From a virus, in the IMG/VR virus record IMGVR_UViG_3300037419_001822, positions 49,440-113,439 of that record: DNA of 64,000 bases; one strand, 5' to 3'. Each line of letters starts with the position of its first letter. Position 1 is the stretch's first letter. The position numbers and the translations under genes are program-made. Shown one piece after another: positions 1 to 9,473 of this stretch. The notes below the pieces were generated by a model. The model did not search any database, was not told where the DNA came from, and saw nothing but the letters and a program-made list of their open reading frames with translations.

Positions 1-510
1 TACTCGGCCCGCAAGCCGCCCACCGAGCGGCCCCGGTGCGGCAGCCCCAACGGATACCGCGACCATCTCGCCGCCGGGGAGAACGCCTGCCTGCCCTGCG
101 CCGACGCCTGGCGGGACAAGCGCGCCGAGGAGCGCGCCGCCAAGCCCAAGACCGGCAAGCCCGGCCAGCCGCGCAAGGAGATCGAGCACGGCACCGAACG
201 CGGCCACGCCATGCACCGCCGCCGGGGCATCCCGCTGTGCGACGACTGCCGCGCCGCCGAGAAGGAGGCCCGGCGGATCCGGAAGGAGCGGAAGGTCGCA
301 GCCGGTGAGCTGCCCGCCCCGCCCCGGCGGATCGAGGAGCGGGAGTCCCCGATCGAGCACGGCACGAACGCGGGCTACATGAAGGAGCGCCGCCGGAAGC
401 TGCCGATCTGCGACCCGTGCCGCCGCGCCGCCACCCTGCACCGGGCCAAGAACAAGGCCGCCAGCCAGGAGCGGAAGAACACCCAGGCCCAGGAGGAGCG
501 AGCCGCATGA
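1..510 (+). CDS. Partial (5' end outside window) protein with three Cys/His repeats of type HGT-x-GY-x-HRR-x-C-x2-C
   Basis: Frame 1 open from base 1: CGSPNGYRDH..CLPC, HGTERGHAMHRR..CDDC, HGTNAGYMKERR..CDPC; motif common in actinophage Zn-binding proteins. Confidence 0.7.
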   Translation, partial: YSARKPPTERPRCGSPNGYRDHLAAGENACLPCADAWRDKRAEERAAKPKTGKPGQPRKEIEHGTERGHAMHRRRGIPLCDDCRAAEKEARRIRKERKVAAGELPAPPRRIEERESPIEHGTNAGYMKERRRKLPICDPCRRAATLHRAKNKAASQERKNTQAQEERAA

Positions 511-893
511 CCGGCATGGAACACACCGCGCACATCCACGGGCTGTGCGCGCTCAACGGGGACTGGCGCACCCGCACCCGCATCACCGAGCTGTCCAAGT
601 GGGTGGACGACGCCAACGCCGACCGGGGCGAGGCGCTGACCTGGTCCCGGGTGGCCAAGGTCGGCGAGGAGTCCGGCGAGGCCCTCTCGGCCCTGCTCGG
701 CTACGTCGGCCAGAACCCGCGCAAGGGCTACTACGCCGACGCCCAGGAGGTGGTCAAGGAGCTGCTCGACGTCGCCCTGGCCGCCCTCGGCGCGGTCGAG
801 CACATGACCGACAACAAGGGACACGCGCTGCGGCTGTTCCGCGAGCACGTCGAGGCCATCCACGCCCGCGCCGGTCTGGGGGCGACCGCATGA
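507..893 (+). CDS. MazG-like nucleotide pyrophosphohydrolase
   Basis: KVGEESGEA..GQNPRKG..KELLDV motif; ATGA overlap. Confidence 0.8.
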   Translation: MTGMEHTAHIHGLCALNGDWRTRTRITELSKWVDDANADRGEALTWSRVAKVGEESGEALSALLGYVGQNPRKGYYADAQEVVKELLDVALAALGAVEHMTDNKGHALRLFREHVEAIHARAGLGATA

Positions 894-1066
894 CCTGCCC
901 GGACGTTCTCAACGAGGACGGCGTCCGCGCCCGCTGCACCCGGCGGGTCGCCCACACCGACCCCGAGATGCACGCCGTCGAGGCCGGGGGGCGGGTGCTG
1001 CTCTCGTGGACCGGCCCCGCCTACCCGCCGCCGGTGCTGCCCGTCCCGGGGGAGGTTGTCGCGTGA
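890..1066 (+). CDS. Hypothetical protein
   Basis: ATGA/GTGA coupled ORF. Confidence 0.55.
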   Translation: MTCPDVLNEDGVRARCTRRVAHTDPEMHAVEAGGRVLLSWTGPAYPPPVLPVPGEVVA

Positions 1067-1416
1067 GCTTCCTCGACCGCGTCCAGGCCATCGTCGCCGA
1101 GATCGGCTACCGGGACGGCTACCGGTGGGACGTCGGCACCGAGCCCACCCACCCGTTCGGGCCGGTGTACATCGAGCTGCAGCACTGGCGGCCGGACGCC
1201 GTCACCGGCGAGATGGCCTGGGGATACGGCGGCAAGCGCTTCCTGCCGCCCACGGCGAACGACTCGGAGATCGTCCGCGCCCTCTTCTCCGCCGCCCTCT
1301 CCTACGAGGAACACGAGGTCCGCGAGTTCTTCACCTACAAGGGAGCCCGGATCTACGGCCCGCACATCTCGGTGGAAGCGCTCGCCGAGGTGGCCGACCG
1401 GGTGGACTTCCGGTGA
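1063..1416 (+). CDS. Hypothetical phage protein
   Basis: GGAGG RBS, GTGA overlap, typical codon bias. Confidence 0.7.
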   Translation: MSFLDRVQAIVAEIGYRDGYRWDVGTEPTHPFGPVYIELQHWRPDAVTGEMAWGYGGKRFLPPTANDSEIVRALFSAALSYEEHEVREFFTYKGARIYGPHISVEALAEVADRVDFR

Positions 1417-1532
1417 TCGGCACCGTCCTCCTTCTGGCCCTGGCGATGGTCCTCGCCGTCTTCGCCGCCGCCGCCGTCGTCGTCCGCCTGGACGACTTCC
1501 TCCACCGAGACCGCAAGGAGAAGCAGCGGTGA
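1413..1532 (+). CDS. Small membrane protein
   Basis: Hydrophobic stretch plus basic tail; coupled at both ends. Confidence 0.55.
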   Translation: MIGTVLLLALAMVLAVFAAAAVVVRLDDFLHRDRKEKQR

Positions 1533-1897
1533 TCACCGCCACCGTCACCGGCCGGATCAACGGCCAGGCCATCCTCGTCCGGTTCGACTACGACGTCGCC
1601 GACCCCTACGCCATCAAGGTCACCTTCGAGGGTGGCGTGGTGTGGCACATCGACCGCGAGCTGCTCAGCGGCGGGCTCCGGCACCGCGTCGGCGAGGGCG
1701 ACGTCCGGATCTGGCCCACCTCGGCGCTCGACTTCTGCATGGTCCTGCGCAACCCGAGGGCGGGGGACTGCTACATCTCGATGCCCCGCGCGCCGATCGA
1801 CAAGTTCTCCGCCCAGGTCCAGGCCACGGCCGCGTGGAGCACGCCGCAGGTGTCGATGGACGCCGAGCTGGACCGCCTGCTCGGCCGGAGCGCCTGA
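1529..1897 (+). CDS. SsgA-like protein (SALP; sporulation/cell-division regulator family)
   Basis: FDYDVADPYAIKVTF..W..RELL..GL...GEGDVRIWP..DAELDRLL matches SsgA-family pattern. Confidence 0.85.
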   Translation: MITATVTGRINGQAILVRFDYDVADPYAIKVTFEGGVVWHIDRELLSGGLRHRVGEGDVRIWPTSALDFCMVLRNPRAGDCYISMPRAPIDKFSAQVQATAAWSTPQVSMDAELDRLLGRSA

Positions 1898-2250
1898 TGC
1901 CCATCGAGTGTCAGCCGCTGGTCACCGAGAGCGGCACCGTCGTCGGCCACATCCAGGTCGCCGACCAGGTCTACCGCCGGTTCCTCGGCGACTGCGAGAT
2001 GTGCGACTGCCGCCGCCGCATGGTGCGCCGCTTCGACGGCATCCACTACGGCTACACCGAGCGCTGCACCGCCTGCGGCTCCTGCTACCAGGACGGCTGG
2101 CGCCTGCACCTCTACCCGGACGACCTGGCCATCGCCCGGAAGTGGTGGAACGAGGCCATCCCCGCCCGGGACTTCGACCGGCGCGTCCGCGACATCGAGC
2201 GCCGATGGGTCGAGGCCTGGGCCGAGGACGACGGGGAGGCTGACGAGTGA
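1897..2250 (+). CDS. Hypothetical Zn-ribbon protein
   Basis: TGATG overlap; CxxC pairs. Confidence 0.65.
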   Translation: MPIECQPLVTESGTVVGHIQVADQVYRRFLGDCEMCDCRRRMVRRFDGIHYGYTERCTACGSCYQDGWRLHLYPDDLAIARKWWNEAIPARDFDRRVRDIERRWVEAWAEDDGEADE

Positions 2251-2387
2251 TCCACCTGCTGCGGCTGGTCGACGCGGTGTGGCACCACGCCCACCTCGAC
2301 CTTCTCCTCGGGCTCTGCGACCGGCTGGCCCTGTGGGTGCACATCCACGTCTGCACCCCGGTCGCCAACTGGGAGATCGGCGAATGA
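2247..2387 (+). CDS. Small hypothetical protein
   Basis: GTGA/ATGA coupled 46-aa ORF. Confidence 0.45.
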   Translation: MIHLLRLVDAVWHHAHLDLLLGLCDRLALWVHIHVCTPVANWEIGE

Positions 2388-2683
2388 GCCCCCGCCCCGG
2401 CCCCGCCTTCTCCAACGGCACCGAGTTCGACATCTGGTCGGCCACGTGGTGCGACACCTGCCTGGCCGACCGGCCGTTCCGCAACGGCATCTCCGAGTGG
2501 GGCTGCCGCCTGATCGAGGTCGCCACCTTCGAGGGGATCCCCGACGAGTGGCTCGACACCGGCCACCCCGGTGACTACCGCTGCACCGCCTACAAGCCGC
2601 TCGGCTGGCGCAAGCCCGCCCCGGAACCCAGGCCCGAGCCGATCCCCGAGGGCCAGCTCCCCCTGTTCGGAGAGGACACATGA
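2384..2683 (+). CDS. Hypothetical Cys-rich phage protein
   Basis: FSNGTEF..WCDTC; coupled. Confidence 0.65.
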   Translation: MSPRPGPAFSNGTEFDIWSATWCDTCLADRPFRNGISEWGCRLIEVATFEGIPDEWLDTGHPGDYRCTAYKPLGWRKPAPEPRPEPIPEGQLPLFGEDT

Positions 2684-3129
2684 CGATCCCCGCGAAGATC
2701 CCCGACTGCACCACCCTGTACTGCCCGCGCCCCGGCACGGTGCCCGGCATCTTCCGCATGGAGATCGAGCGCGACGGCGAGATCCGCGACCACCACGTCA
2801 CCTACTGCCGGGAGTGCGCCCGCTCCATGCACGCCGACGGGCTGTTCTTCCCCGACAACGAGGACGACATCGCCGACACCCCGGAGCTGTCCGAGGAGGA
2901 GCTGGCGATCGTGGAGCGGTTCGAGACCGCCCCGCCGGTGTGCCTGTCCTGCGACGAGGCCGAGGACACGATCGCCCGGGTGCTCGCCCTGGCCGACTCC
3001 CTGGAGGAGCCGGTGTTTCGCGCGGCGGTCTACCGGGGCGAGCGCGACCAGGGCCGCCAGGAGGGCGAGGACGCCGAGCGCCTGCGCATCGCCATCCGGC
3101 TCCGCAAAGCCGTCAAGGGGGCGGCGTGA
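2680..3129 (+). CDS. Hypothetical protein
   Basis: GAGGA RBS; coupled. Confidence 0.65.
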   Translation: MTIPAKIPDCTTLYCPRPGTVPGIFRMEIERDGEIRDHHVTYCRECARSMHADGLFFPDNEDDIADTPELSEEELAIVERFETAPPVCLSCDEAEDTIARVLALADSLEEPVFRAAVYRGERDQGRQEGEDAERLRIAIRLRKAVKGAA

Positions 3130-3542
3130 CCGCGCAGCACAGGCTCGACCTGGCCGAGCCCGGCACCTTCTCCGGGGCCCGCGTCGTCTGCCTCGGCGAC
3201 GCCGACGACATCTGCCAGCAGTGGTGCGCAGAGGGCTGCGAGGAGGAGTGCTTCGAGGACGTCGTCTCGCCGCCCGATCCGGGGCTGATCGCGATGGCCC
3301 CGATCGCCGGGCACCGCTGGGGACCGTACGACGGCGGCTGCCGGGTTGCTGACTGGATCAACAACTGCGGCGTCGAGGACACCTACGCCGACGACATGGA
3401 CCCGGTCCTGTTCGCCTGGGACGACGACGGGGAGACCCAGCCCAACATCCGGGGCGGGCTCATCGAGGAGGAGTGGACCGGCGACGACTACATCTGGTCC
3501 TACGCCGAGCCCCACCCGGACACGGCCGAGGTGGCCGCGTGA
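3126..3542 (+). CDS. Hypothetical acidic Cys-containing protein
   Basis: GTGA overlap; codon bias. Confidence 0.6.
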   Translation: MTAQHRLDLAEPGTFSGARVVCLGDADDICQQWCAEGCEEECFEDVVSPPDPGLIAMAPIAGHRWGPYDGGCRVADWINNCGVEDTYADDMDPVLFAWDDDGETQPNIRGGLIEEEWTGDDYIWSYAEPHPDTAEVAA

Positions 3543-3799
3543 TCGGGCCCGAGGTGCAGGAGGTCGTGGACTTCCTGCACGACCGCATCGCCGAGGACCA
3601 GGAAGCCGCCCGCGCCCTGGCCGCCCGCAACGGCATGCACGGCTACTCGTCACCGGCCTGCGAGATCAAGCGCCGCATGATCGCCGACGTGCTGGCCCTG
3701 CCCCGCCCCGAGACCGAGGAGTGGGTGCTGCACATGCTCGCCAACGATTACAGAGGCCATCCCGGATGGCGGACCGAGTGGAACGGATGGCTTCGATGA
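3539..3799 (+). CDS. DUF6221-like protein
   Basis: FLHDRIAED..KRRMI..VLHMLANDYRGHPGWRTEW resembles DUF6221. Confidence 0.6.
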   Translation: MIGPEVQEVVDFLHDRIAEDQEAARALAARNGMHGYSSPACEIKRRMIADVLALPRPETEEWVLHMLANDYRGHPGWRTEWNGWLR

Positions 3800-4095
3800 C
3801 CCACGACCCCTGCTGCAGCTCCCACGGCATCGTCATGGACTGCGCCCGCTACCGGCGCACCCACTTCGTGGAGGTCCGGCCGTGCTGCACGGACGACACG
3901 CACACCACCTCCTACGCCGCCGAGATCGCCGACGCCGACTACGCGCTGCGCCAGACGGCCGCCTCCTACGGGATCGACCCGGACGTCGCCGTCCAGCGCG
4001 CCCAGACCATCGCCCGCGAGACCGTCCTCGGGCCGCTCATGGCCATGGACCGGGTCCGCTGGCAGATGTCGGAGGAGTGGCTCCGCCGTGGCTGA
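3796..4095 (+). CDS. Hypothetical protein
   Basis: ATGA overlap. Confidence 0.55.
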   Translation: MTHDPCCSSHGIVMDCARYRRTHFVEVRPCCTDDTHTTSYAAEIADADYALRQTAASYGIDPDVAVQRAQTIARETVLGPLMAMDRVRWQMSEEWLRRG

Positions 4096-4306
4096 CTACA
4101 CGTACAGCGTCAAGCACATTGAGGTGCACCGCTGGTCGCTGCCCACCCCCGCCAACGGGGTCGAGCTGAACAAGGCTGTCACCGCCGCCGCCACCGAGTT
4201 CCGCACCCAGCACGGCCGGGGGATCTCGTACGACGACGACCTGCAGATCGACGTCGAGGACGACGCCGTCATCGTCTGGTTCTCGTTGAAGGGGGACGGG
4301 GAGTGA
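4088..4306 (+). CDS. Hypothetical protein
   Basis: GGAGGAG RBS; coupled. Confidence 0.6.
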   Translation: MADYTYSVKHIEVHRWSLPTPANGVELNKAVTAAATEFRTQHGRGISYDDDLQIDVEDDAVIVWFSLKGDGE

Positions 4307-4515
4307 TCCACGCCTACGGCACCTACCGGTCCTTCCAGCGCAAGTCGGTCTCCGGCGAGACCCGGCACGCCCTGGACGACATCGCCCACCTGTGCGGGGC
4401 GCTGGACGCGCTGTGCGGCACCGGCGTCGCCGTCCGCATCGGCGAGTGGGATCCGGACGAGCCCCAGAACTGCTCGAAGTGCACCCGGATGCTGGCCCGG
4501 GAGGTGGCCGCGTGA
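4303..4515 (+). CDS. Hypothetical Zn-binding protein
   Basis: Coupled; H..ALCG..CSKC. Confidence 0.55.
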   Translation: MIHAYGTYRSFQRKSVSGETRHALDDIAHLCGALDALCGTGVAVRIGEWDPDEPQNCSKCTRMLAREVAA

Positions 4516-4814
4516 CCACCGACGCGGAGCGGCTGGCGGCGGAGCAGAAGGTGATCTCTCGGATGCTCTACTCGATCGGAGCTGACCGGCCGGACACCTA
4601 CGCCGAAGCCCTCCTGCCGGTGGTCGACGCCATCGCCGAGGGGCGCACACGGGCCGCTTTGCACAGCTTCTCGGTCGCCCAGGACGCAGCTTTCGCGGCC
4701 GAGTGGACCCTCGACCGGCTCCGCGCGCTGGTGCGGGAACACCCCGCCTCGGAGGTGCCCGTCATCGAGCTGGCCGAGCTGGCCCGCATCCTCGGCATGG
4801 AACCGCCGTCATGA
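4512..4814 (+). CDS. Hypothetical protein
   Basis: GGAGG RBS; GTGA overlap. Confidence 0.6.
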   Translation: MTTDAERLAAEQKVISRMLYSIGADRPDTYAEALLPVVDAIAEGRTRAALHSFSVAQDAAFAAEWTLDRLRALVREHPASEVPVIELAELARILGMEPPS

Positions 4815-5017
4815 GGAAGCCGCCCCGCAGCGCCGGGCACACCCTCGTGTACGCCGGGACCACCCCGGCCAGGTTCGACCCCGACGGGCAGCCCACGACC
4901 GGCCGGGGGAGTGGCCGGTGCTCATGCGGCGCGTCCTCCCCGCCCGACCTGGCCGTGTTCTCCATCTTCCAGTGGCACCGCGACCACCGGCTCGACGTGC
5001 TGGCAGGAGACGCCTGA
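4811..5017 (+). CDS. Hypothetical Zn-finger protein
   Basis: CSCG..WHRDH; coupled. Confidence 0.55.
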   Translation: MRKPPRSAGHTLVYAGTTPARFDPDGQPTTGRGSGRCSCGASSPPDLAVFSIFQWHRDHRLDVLAGDA

Positions 5018-5316
5018 TGGGCATGGCGTACCCCCAACCCGGGCCCGGCACCGCCCTGGGGCAGTGGGCAACGTTCTCCCGTCGCCCCCCGCCCCGGGTG
5101 GTCAAGATGCCCGCCAAGGCCCGCGTCTACTACGTCGAGCCCGAGGAGGCCTGGGATCTGGAGGTCTGGCACTGGTGCGTCCGGCACCACGAGGACGTCG
5201 CCGGGTCCGGCCGCAACGCCGTCGTCACCCGCTGGGGGCGCTGCACCCGCTGGGTCGACGCCCTGGCCGCCGGTCTGGCCGCCCTGGCCAACGAAGCCCG
5301 AGAGGAGGCCGCGTGA
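5017..5316 (+). CDS. Hypothetical protein
   Basis: TGATG overlap. Confidence 0.55.
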   Translation: MGMAYPQPGPGTALGQWATFSRRPPPRVVKMPAKARVYYVEPEEAWDLEVWHWCVRHHEDVAGSGRNAVVTRWGRCTRWVDALAAGLAALANEAREEAA

Positions 5317-5780
5317 CCCAGGTCGTGCTCACGCCCAGCGAGCTGCACATCGCCGCCCACGTCGGCGTCCTCCGGCAGATCGCCTCCCTCCGCGACCGCC
5401 GACGCGACCGGCACGGCTACAACGGCGACGGCTGGTCCGAGCACATCCAGGGCGCGGCGGGGGAGCAGGCCGTCGCCAAGGCCCTCGGCGTGTTCTGGGA
5501 CGGCTCCGTGGACACGTTCCGCACCGTCGCCGACGTCGCCGGGGTCGAGGTCCGCACCCGCTCCCGGCACGACTACGAGCTGCTGCACCGCCCCGACGAC
5601 GACCCCACCAAGGCCTACGTCCTCGTCACCGGCCGGGCTCCCTACCTGTGGGTGCGGGGCTGGATGCGGGGCGAGAACTGCCGCCGCGACGAGTGGTGGG
5701 CCGAGCACGGCGGCCGACCGGGCGCGTGGTTCGTGCCCACCGACGAGCTGCACCCGATCGCAGAACTGGAGGACCGATGA
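5313..5780 (+). CDS. Phage protein, possible PD-(D/E)XK nuclease fold
   Basis: GAAGEQAVAKAL..ADV..VEVRTR pattern; GGAGG RBS. Confidence 0.55.
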   Translation: MTQVVLTPSELHIAAHVGVLRQIASLRDRRRDRHGYNGDGWSEHIQGAAGEQAVAKALGVFWDGSVDTFRTVADVAGVEVRTRSRHDYELLHRPDDDPTKAYVLVTGRAPYLWVRGWMRGENCRRDEWWAEHGGRPGAWFVPTDELHPIAELEDR

Positions 5781-6016
5781 GCGACTCCCTAGACGACCTG
5801 TTCACCCCCGAGGAGCGGGCCGAGATCGAGGCGTGGGACGCCGACGCCTACATCATCTCGATCGAGGTGCCCACGTCGAAGATCACCGACGAGCAGCTCG
5901 ATGACCTGTTCGACCAGATCACCGACGTCGTCCGCAACTGGGAGGCACAGATCGAGCCCCGCGACTGGGACTCGTTCGTCTACGGCGACGGCCCCGCCCA
6001 CCGGAGGGCACCATGA
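5777..6016 (+). CDS. Hypothetical acidic protein
   Basis: GGAGG RBS; coupled. Confidence 0.6.
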   Translation: MSDSLDDLFTPEERAEIEAWDADAYIISIEVPTSKITDEQLDDLFDQITDVVRNWEAQIEPRDWDSFVYGDGPAHRRAP

Positions 6017-6453
6017 GCACCAGCTTACGGATCTTGATCACCGGGTCAAGGGACTGGAACGACCGGCGGCTGATCCGCAACGTCCTCGACTCGATCGGCT
6101 ACCGCTACGGGTTCGACGGCCTGGTCATCGTCCACGGCGCCTGCCCGACCGGCGCCGACGCGCTCGCCGACGAGTGGGCAGGCGACAACGCCGACCTCGG
6201 GGTCACCGTCGACCGGCACCCGGCCCAGTGGCAGCAGCACGGCAAGAAGGCCGGGCCGCTGCGCAACGCCGAGATGGTCGCCCTCGGCGCTGACGTGTGC
6301 CTGGCGTTCCTCAACCCGTGCACCAAGCACCCCGGGCAGCCCCTGCACGGCTCCCACGGCACCGACGGCTGCCTGCGGCTCGCCCGAGACGCCGGGATCC
6401 CCGTGCGCCGGTTCGGGGTCACCTGGGAGCCGGTCGGGGAGCGGGCGTCGTGA
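6013..6453 (+). CDS. SLOG-family (DUF2493/YspA-like) nucleotide-binding protein
   Basis: ILITGSRDW..VHGACPTGADALA..HPAQW..GKKAGPLRNAEMV..GT..AGIPV. Confidence 0.85.
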   Translation: MSTSLRILITGSRDWNDRRLIRNVLDSIGYRYGFDGLVIVHGACPTGADALADEWAGDNADLGVTVDRHPAQWQQHGKKAGPLRNAEMVALGADVCLAFLNPCTKHPGQPLHGSHGTDGCLRLARDAGIPVRRFGVTWEPVGERAS

Positions 6454-6644
6454 GGGTCTGGATCGTCTTCGGGGCGGTCGACTGGGGGGTCGAGAACGTC
6501 GTCGGCGTCTTCTCGACCGAGGAGAAGGCCAACGAGGTCTACGAGCGGCTCGACGCGACTCTCACGGAGTACCAGCGGGGGCGGCCGGAGTACGGCTTCG
6601 ACGTTAGGTCGTACGAGCTGGACGTCGAGGAGGACGGCTGGTGA
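6450..6644 (+). CDS. Small phage protein (VGVFSTEEKA motif)
   Basis: GTGA overlap; common phage motif. Confidence 0.6.
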   Translation: MRVWIVFGAVDWGVENVVGVFSTEEKANEVYERLDATLTEYQRGRPEYGFDVRSYELDVEEDGW

Positions 6645-6798
6645 GAACCGTCAGCATGGAGGTGTAGACAGCGGCGTAGTCTGTCTCACGAATCTTTAGA
6701 CGGCCGGGGGGCGGTGTGCCGCCGCCCTGGTCCCGGCCTGGCCCGAGAGAGGGGCTTGTATCCATGGTGCCATACGCGACTGCCCGCAGGCGGTCGTC

Positions 6799-7020
6799 AT
6801 GACCTTCCCGCACGACTCCGGCATCCCCGGCCTGGAGTGCATCGGCTGCGACACCCGGCTCAACAGCGCGATCGACGCTGCGGCCGGATTCGGCCTGGCG
6901 TGGAACCGCTTCGCCGCAAGCCTGCGCGCCGCCCGCAAGCACGGCTTCTCGATCGAGACGCTCGCCGAGGAGACCGGCTGGGACGAGCCCCTGATCCGCA
7001 TCCTCGCCGGGGAGGCGTGA
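6799..7020 (+). CDS. Small HTH-like DNA-binding protein
   Basis: ARKHGFSIETLAEETGWDEPLIRIL helix-turn-helix pattern. Confidence 0.5.
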   Translation: MTFPHDSGIPGLECIGCDTRLNSAIDAAAGFGLAWNRFAASLRAARKHGFSIETLAEETGWDEPLIRILAGEA

Positions 7021-7919
7021 TGGCCCGCCAGACCCCCGGCAACTACGTGCCGCTGGACGTCAACTACGCCCGAGACGTCGCGATCCGGAAGGCCGGACCG
7101 AACGCCGAGCTGCTCTACATCCGCTCGCTCGCCTACGCAAAAGGTTCCAGAACTGGCGGTTTCGTATCTGATTACGACCTCGACGTGGTTGGAATCGGAC
7201 TCCGTGGAATCAAGTTGAGTGCGAAACGACTCGTGGAAGTCGGCCTCTGGGAGCGCGTCGAGGACGGCTGGATGATCCGCTCGTGGGAGCGGTGGAACGC
7301 CAGCGAGAAGATCGTTTCCGCAGGTGGGAAGCTCGGTAACCACAAGAGGTGGCACGCCGACCGGGGCCAGTTCGACCCCGAGTGTGAGCACTGCGCGGAA
7401 CACCCCCCGATCGCACCCCGATCGCACCCCGATTCGCCCCCGACATCGCCCCCCGAATCGCAAGGGAAGGGAAGGGAAGTAAAGACCCCCCCGTGCCCCC
7501 CCAACGACACCTCCGCTCACCCGCAGACCGTGGTCGACCCCTCCTCGGCACAGGCCGTGGTCTCGGACTGGATCGACACCCTCAAGCGCCGCCCGCCCGG
7601 CTCGGTGATCGGCCAGGTCGCCAAGATCGTCAAGACCCTCCTCGGTGAGGGCTTCTCGCCCACCGAGATCGGCCAGGCCCTCGCCGTCATGAGCACCAAG
7701 GGACTCAACCCGTCGACCCTGCCAGCCCTGGTCAACGAGGTCGTCAACAAGTCCAACGTCCGCGCGATTCGCTCCGGCGTGGCCACCTCGGCCGACGGCA
7801 GCCGGGTCAAGTGGGTCAAGCCGACCGAGAAGAGCCGCTGGCGCGAGGCCTACTCCGACGAGGTCTGCGTCGGCATGTACAAGATCAAGTACATGAACGC
7901 CGGTGAGCAACCGGCATGA
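7020..7919 (+). CDS. Replication initiator (lambda O/RepA-like)
   Basis: AELLYIRSLAY..GFV..LVEVGLWE..GWMIRSW N-terminal domain; internal repeat linker; directly upstream of helicase. Confidence 0.7.
   Translation: MARQTPGNYVPLDVNYARDVAIRKAGPNAELLYIRSLAYAKGSRTGGFVSDYDLDVVGIGLRGIKLSAKRLVEVGLWERVEDGWMIRSWERWNASEKIVSAGGKLGNHKRWHADRGQFDPECEHCAEHPPIAPRSHPDSPPTSPPESQGKGREVKTPPCPPNDTSAHPQTVVDPSSAQAVVSDWIDTLKRRPPGSVIGQVAKIVKTLLGEGFSPTEIGQALAVMSTKGLNPSTLPALVNEVVNKSNVRAIRSGVATSADGSRVKWVKPTEKSRWREAYSDEVCVGMYKIKYMNAGEQPA
7403..7478 (+). repeat. Iteron-like repeats (about 5 x CCCCGA(T)CGC) followed by 3 x GGGAA; candidate replication origin
   Basis: Visible tandem imperfect 11-13 bp repeats inside the initiator gene. 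Confidence 0.55.
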
Positions 7920-9166
7920 GCGTCGACTGGACCGAGATCCGCAACGTCGCCGCCGAGCGGCAGGTGCTCGGCTCGCTGATGGCCCAGCCAGCCCTCGCCG
8001 AGAAGGTCTTCACCATCGTCACCCCCGACGAGTTCGGGGTGGCCGCGCACGCCCAGATCGCCCTGCTGCTACACCGCATGCACCTGGCCGGGGAGTCGCT
8101 GAACGCGACCAACGTGATGACCACCGCGCGCAACGAGGGCATCCTCGGCAAGATCGGCGGCGGGCCCTACCTGTTCGAGCTGATCCAGCAGGTCGAGGTC
8201 GCCATGACCGCGCCCAAGCTGGCCGAGGAGATCCACCGCTGCGCCACCCGGCGGGCCATGTGCGAGCTGGCCACCCGCCTGGAGCAGCGCGCGGCCAACC
8301 CCGAGGCCGAGCCGATCGCCATCCTCAGCGAGACCCGGGCAGCCCTCGCCGACCTGCACGAAGCCGAGCTGACCACCAGCACGGTCGAGGTCGCCAGCCT
8401 CACCGACTTCCTCAGCCAGCAGGACGACGAGGTCGACTGGGTCATCCCCGACCTGCTGGCCCGCGAGGACCGGTTCATCCTGACCGGCGTCGAGGGTGCC
8501 GGGAAGATGATGATGCTGCGGCAGATCGCCATCTGCGCCGCCGCCGGGATCCACCCGTTCACCCACCAGCGCATGCCCCGGCAGACGGTGCTGCTGGTCG
8601 ACCTGGAGAACCCGGCGGCCGAGATGCGCCGCACCATGCGCAAGATGGTGACCTCCGCGCAGTCCGAGTCCCGGCTGGTCGACGTCACCGAGCGGGTGTT
8701 CGTGGAGCGGCGGCCCGAGGGCATCAACCTGGCCGACCCGGGCAACATCGCCTGGCTGATGAAGCGGATCACCGTCACCCGGCCGGACATCCTGATCATC
8801 GGCCCGCTGTACAAGGCGATGAACGACAACCCGAACGACGAGCAGGTCGCCCGCGCCGTGTCCGTCGCCCTCGACCTGGTCCGCACCCAGGGCAACTGTG
8901 CGCTGATGATCGAGGCCCACTCCGGGCACAGCAACGGCGTCAACGAGCGGCCCATCCGGCCCATCGGGTCGTCGCTGTGGCTGCGCTGGCCCGAGTTCGG
9001 CTACGGGCTGCGCTACGCCAAGACCGAGGACGCCGAGGAGCGGCGGCGCATGGAGCTGCTCACCTGGCGCGGCTCCCGGGGTGAACGCGAATGGCCCAAG
9101 CACCTGATCATGGATCCGCGCTACGCGTTCCAGGAGGCCGTCGAGGGCGACCAGGAAGTCGCCTGA
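7916..9166 (+). CDS. Replicative helicase: DnaB-like N-terminus plus AAA_25/RecA-like ATPase
   Basis: AERQVLGSLM..GGGPYLFEL DnaB-N; GVEGAGK Walker A; VDLEN; PIGSSLW. Confidence 0.85.
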   Translation: MSVDWTEIRNVAAERQVLGSLMAQPALAEKVFTIVTPDEFGVAAHAQIALLLHRMHLAGESLNATNVMTTARNEGILGKIGGGPYLFELIQQVEVAMTAPKLAEEIHRCATRRAMCELATRLEQRAANPEAEPIAILSETRAALADLHEAELTTSTVEVASLTDFLSQQDDEVDWVIPDLLAREDRFILTGVEGAGKMMMLRQIAICAAAGIHPFTHQRMPRQTVLLVDLENPAAEMRRTMRKMVTSAQSESRLVDVTERVFVERRPEGINLADPGNIAWLMKRITVTRPDILIIGPLYKAMNDNPNDEQVARAVSVALDLVRTQGNCALMIEAHSGHSNGVNERPIRPIGSSLWLRWPEFGYGLRYAKTEDAEERRRMELLTWRGSRGEREWPKHLIMDPRYAFQEAVEGDQEVA

Positions 9167-9248
9167 CCCCCTGGACATTCGCAGGGCGCGGGTGTCTAAT
9201 GGCTCAAGACACGCGGTGAACCACAACTCATCATTCGGGGAGTCCCGC

Positions 9249-9473
9249 ATGCTCACGCACCCCCTGACCGGCGAAACGGTCGAGCTGTTCGACCCGGACC
9301 TGCACACCGACGCGTGCTGGAAGGCCGTGCGCTGCGGCCGGTGCGGACGCGAGTACGTGTGCGCCCCCTGGGACGACTTCATGACCCCCGCCGCTGAGCT
9401 GCAGTGGCAGGGCGACGGCGTCTGCGAACCCTGCCTGCTCCGCCTGGCCCGCGACATGAACCTGGTGAAGTGA
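9249..9473 (+). CDS. Hypothetical Zn-ribbon protein
   Basis: GGGGAG RBS; CGRC..CEPC. Confidence 0.6.
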   Translation: MLTHPLTGETVELFDPDLHTDACWKAVRCGRCGREYVCAPWDDFMTPAAELQWQGDGVCEPCLLRLARDMNLVK

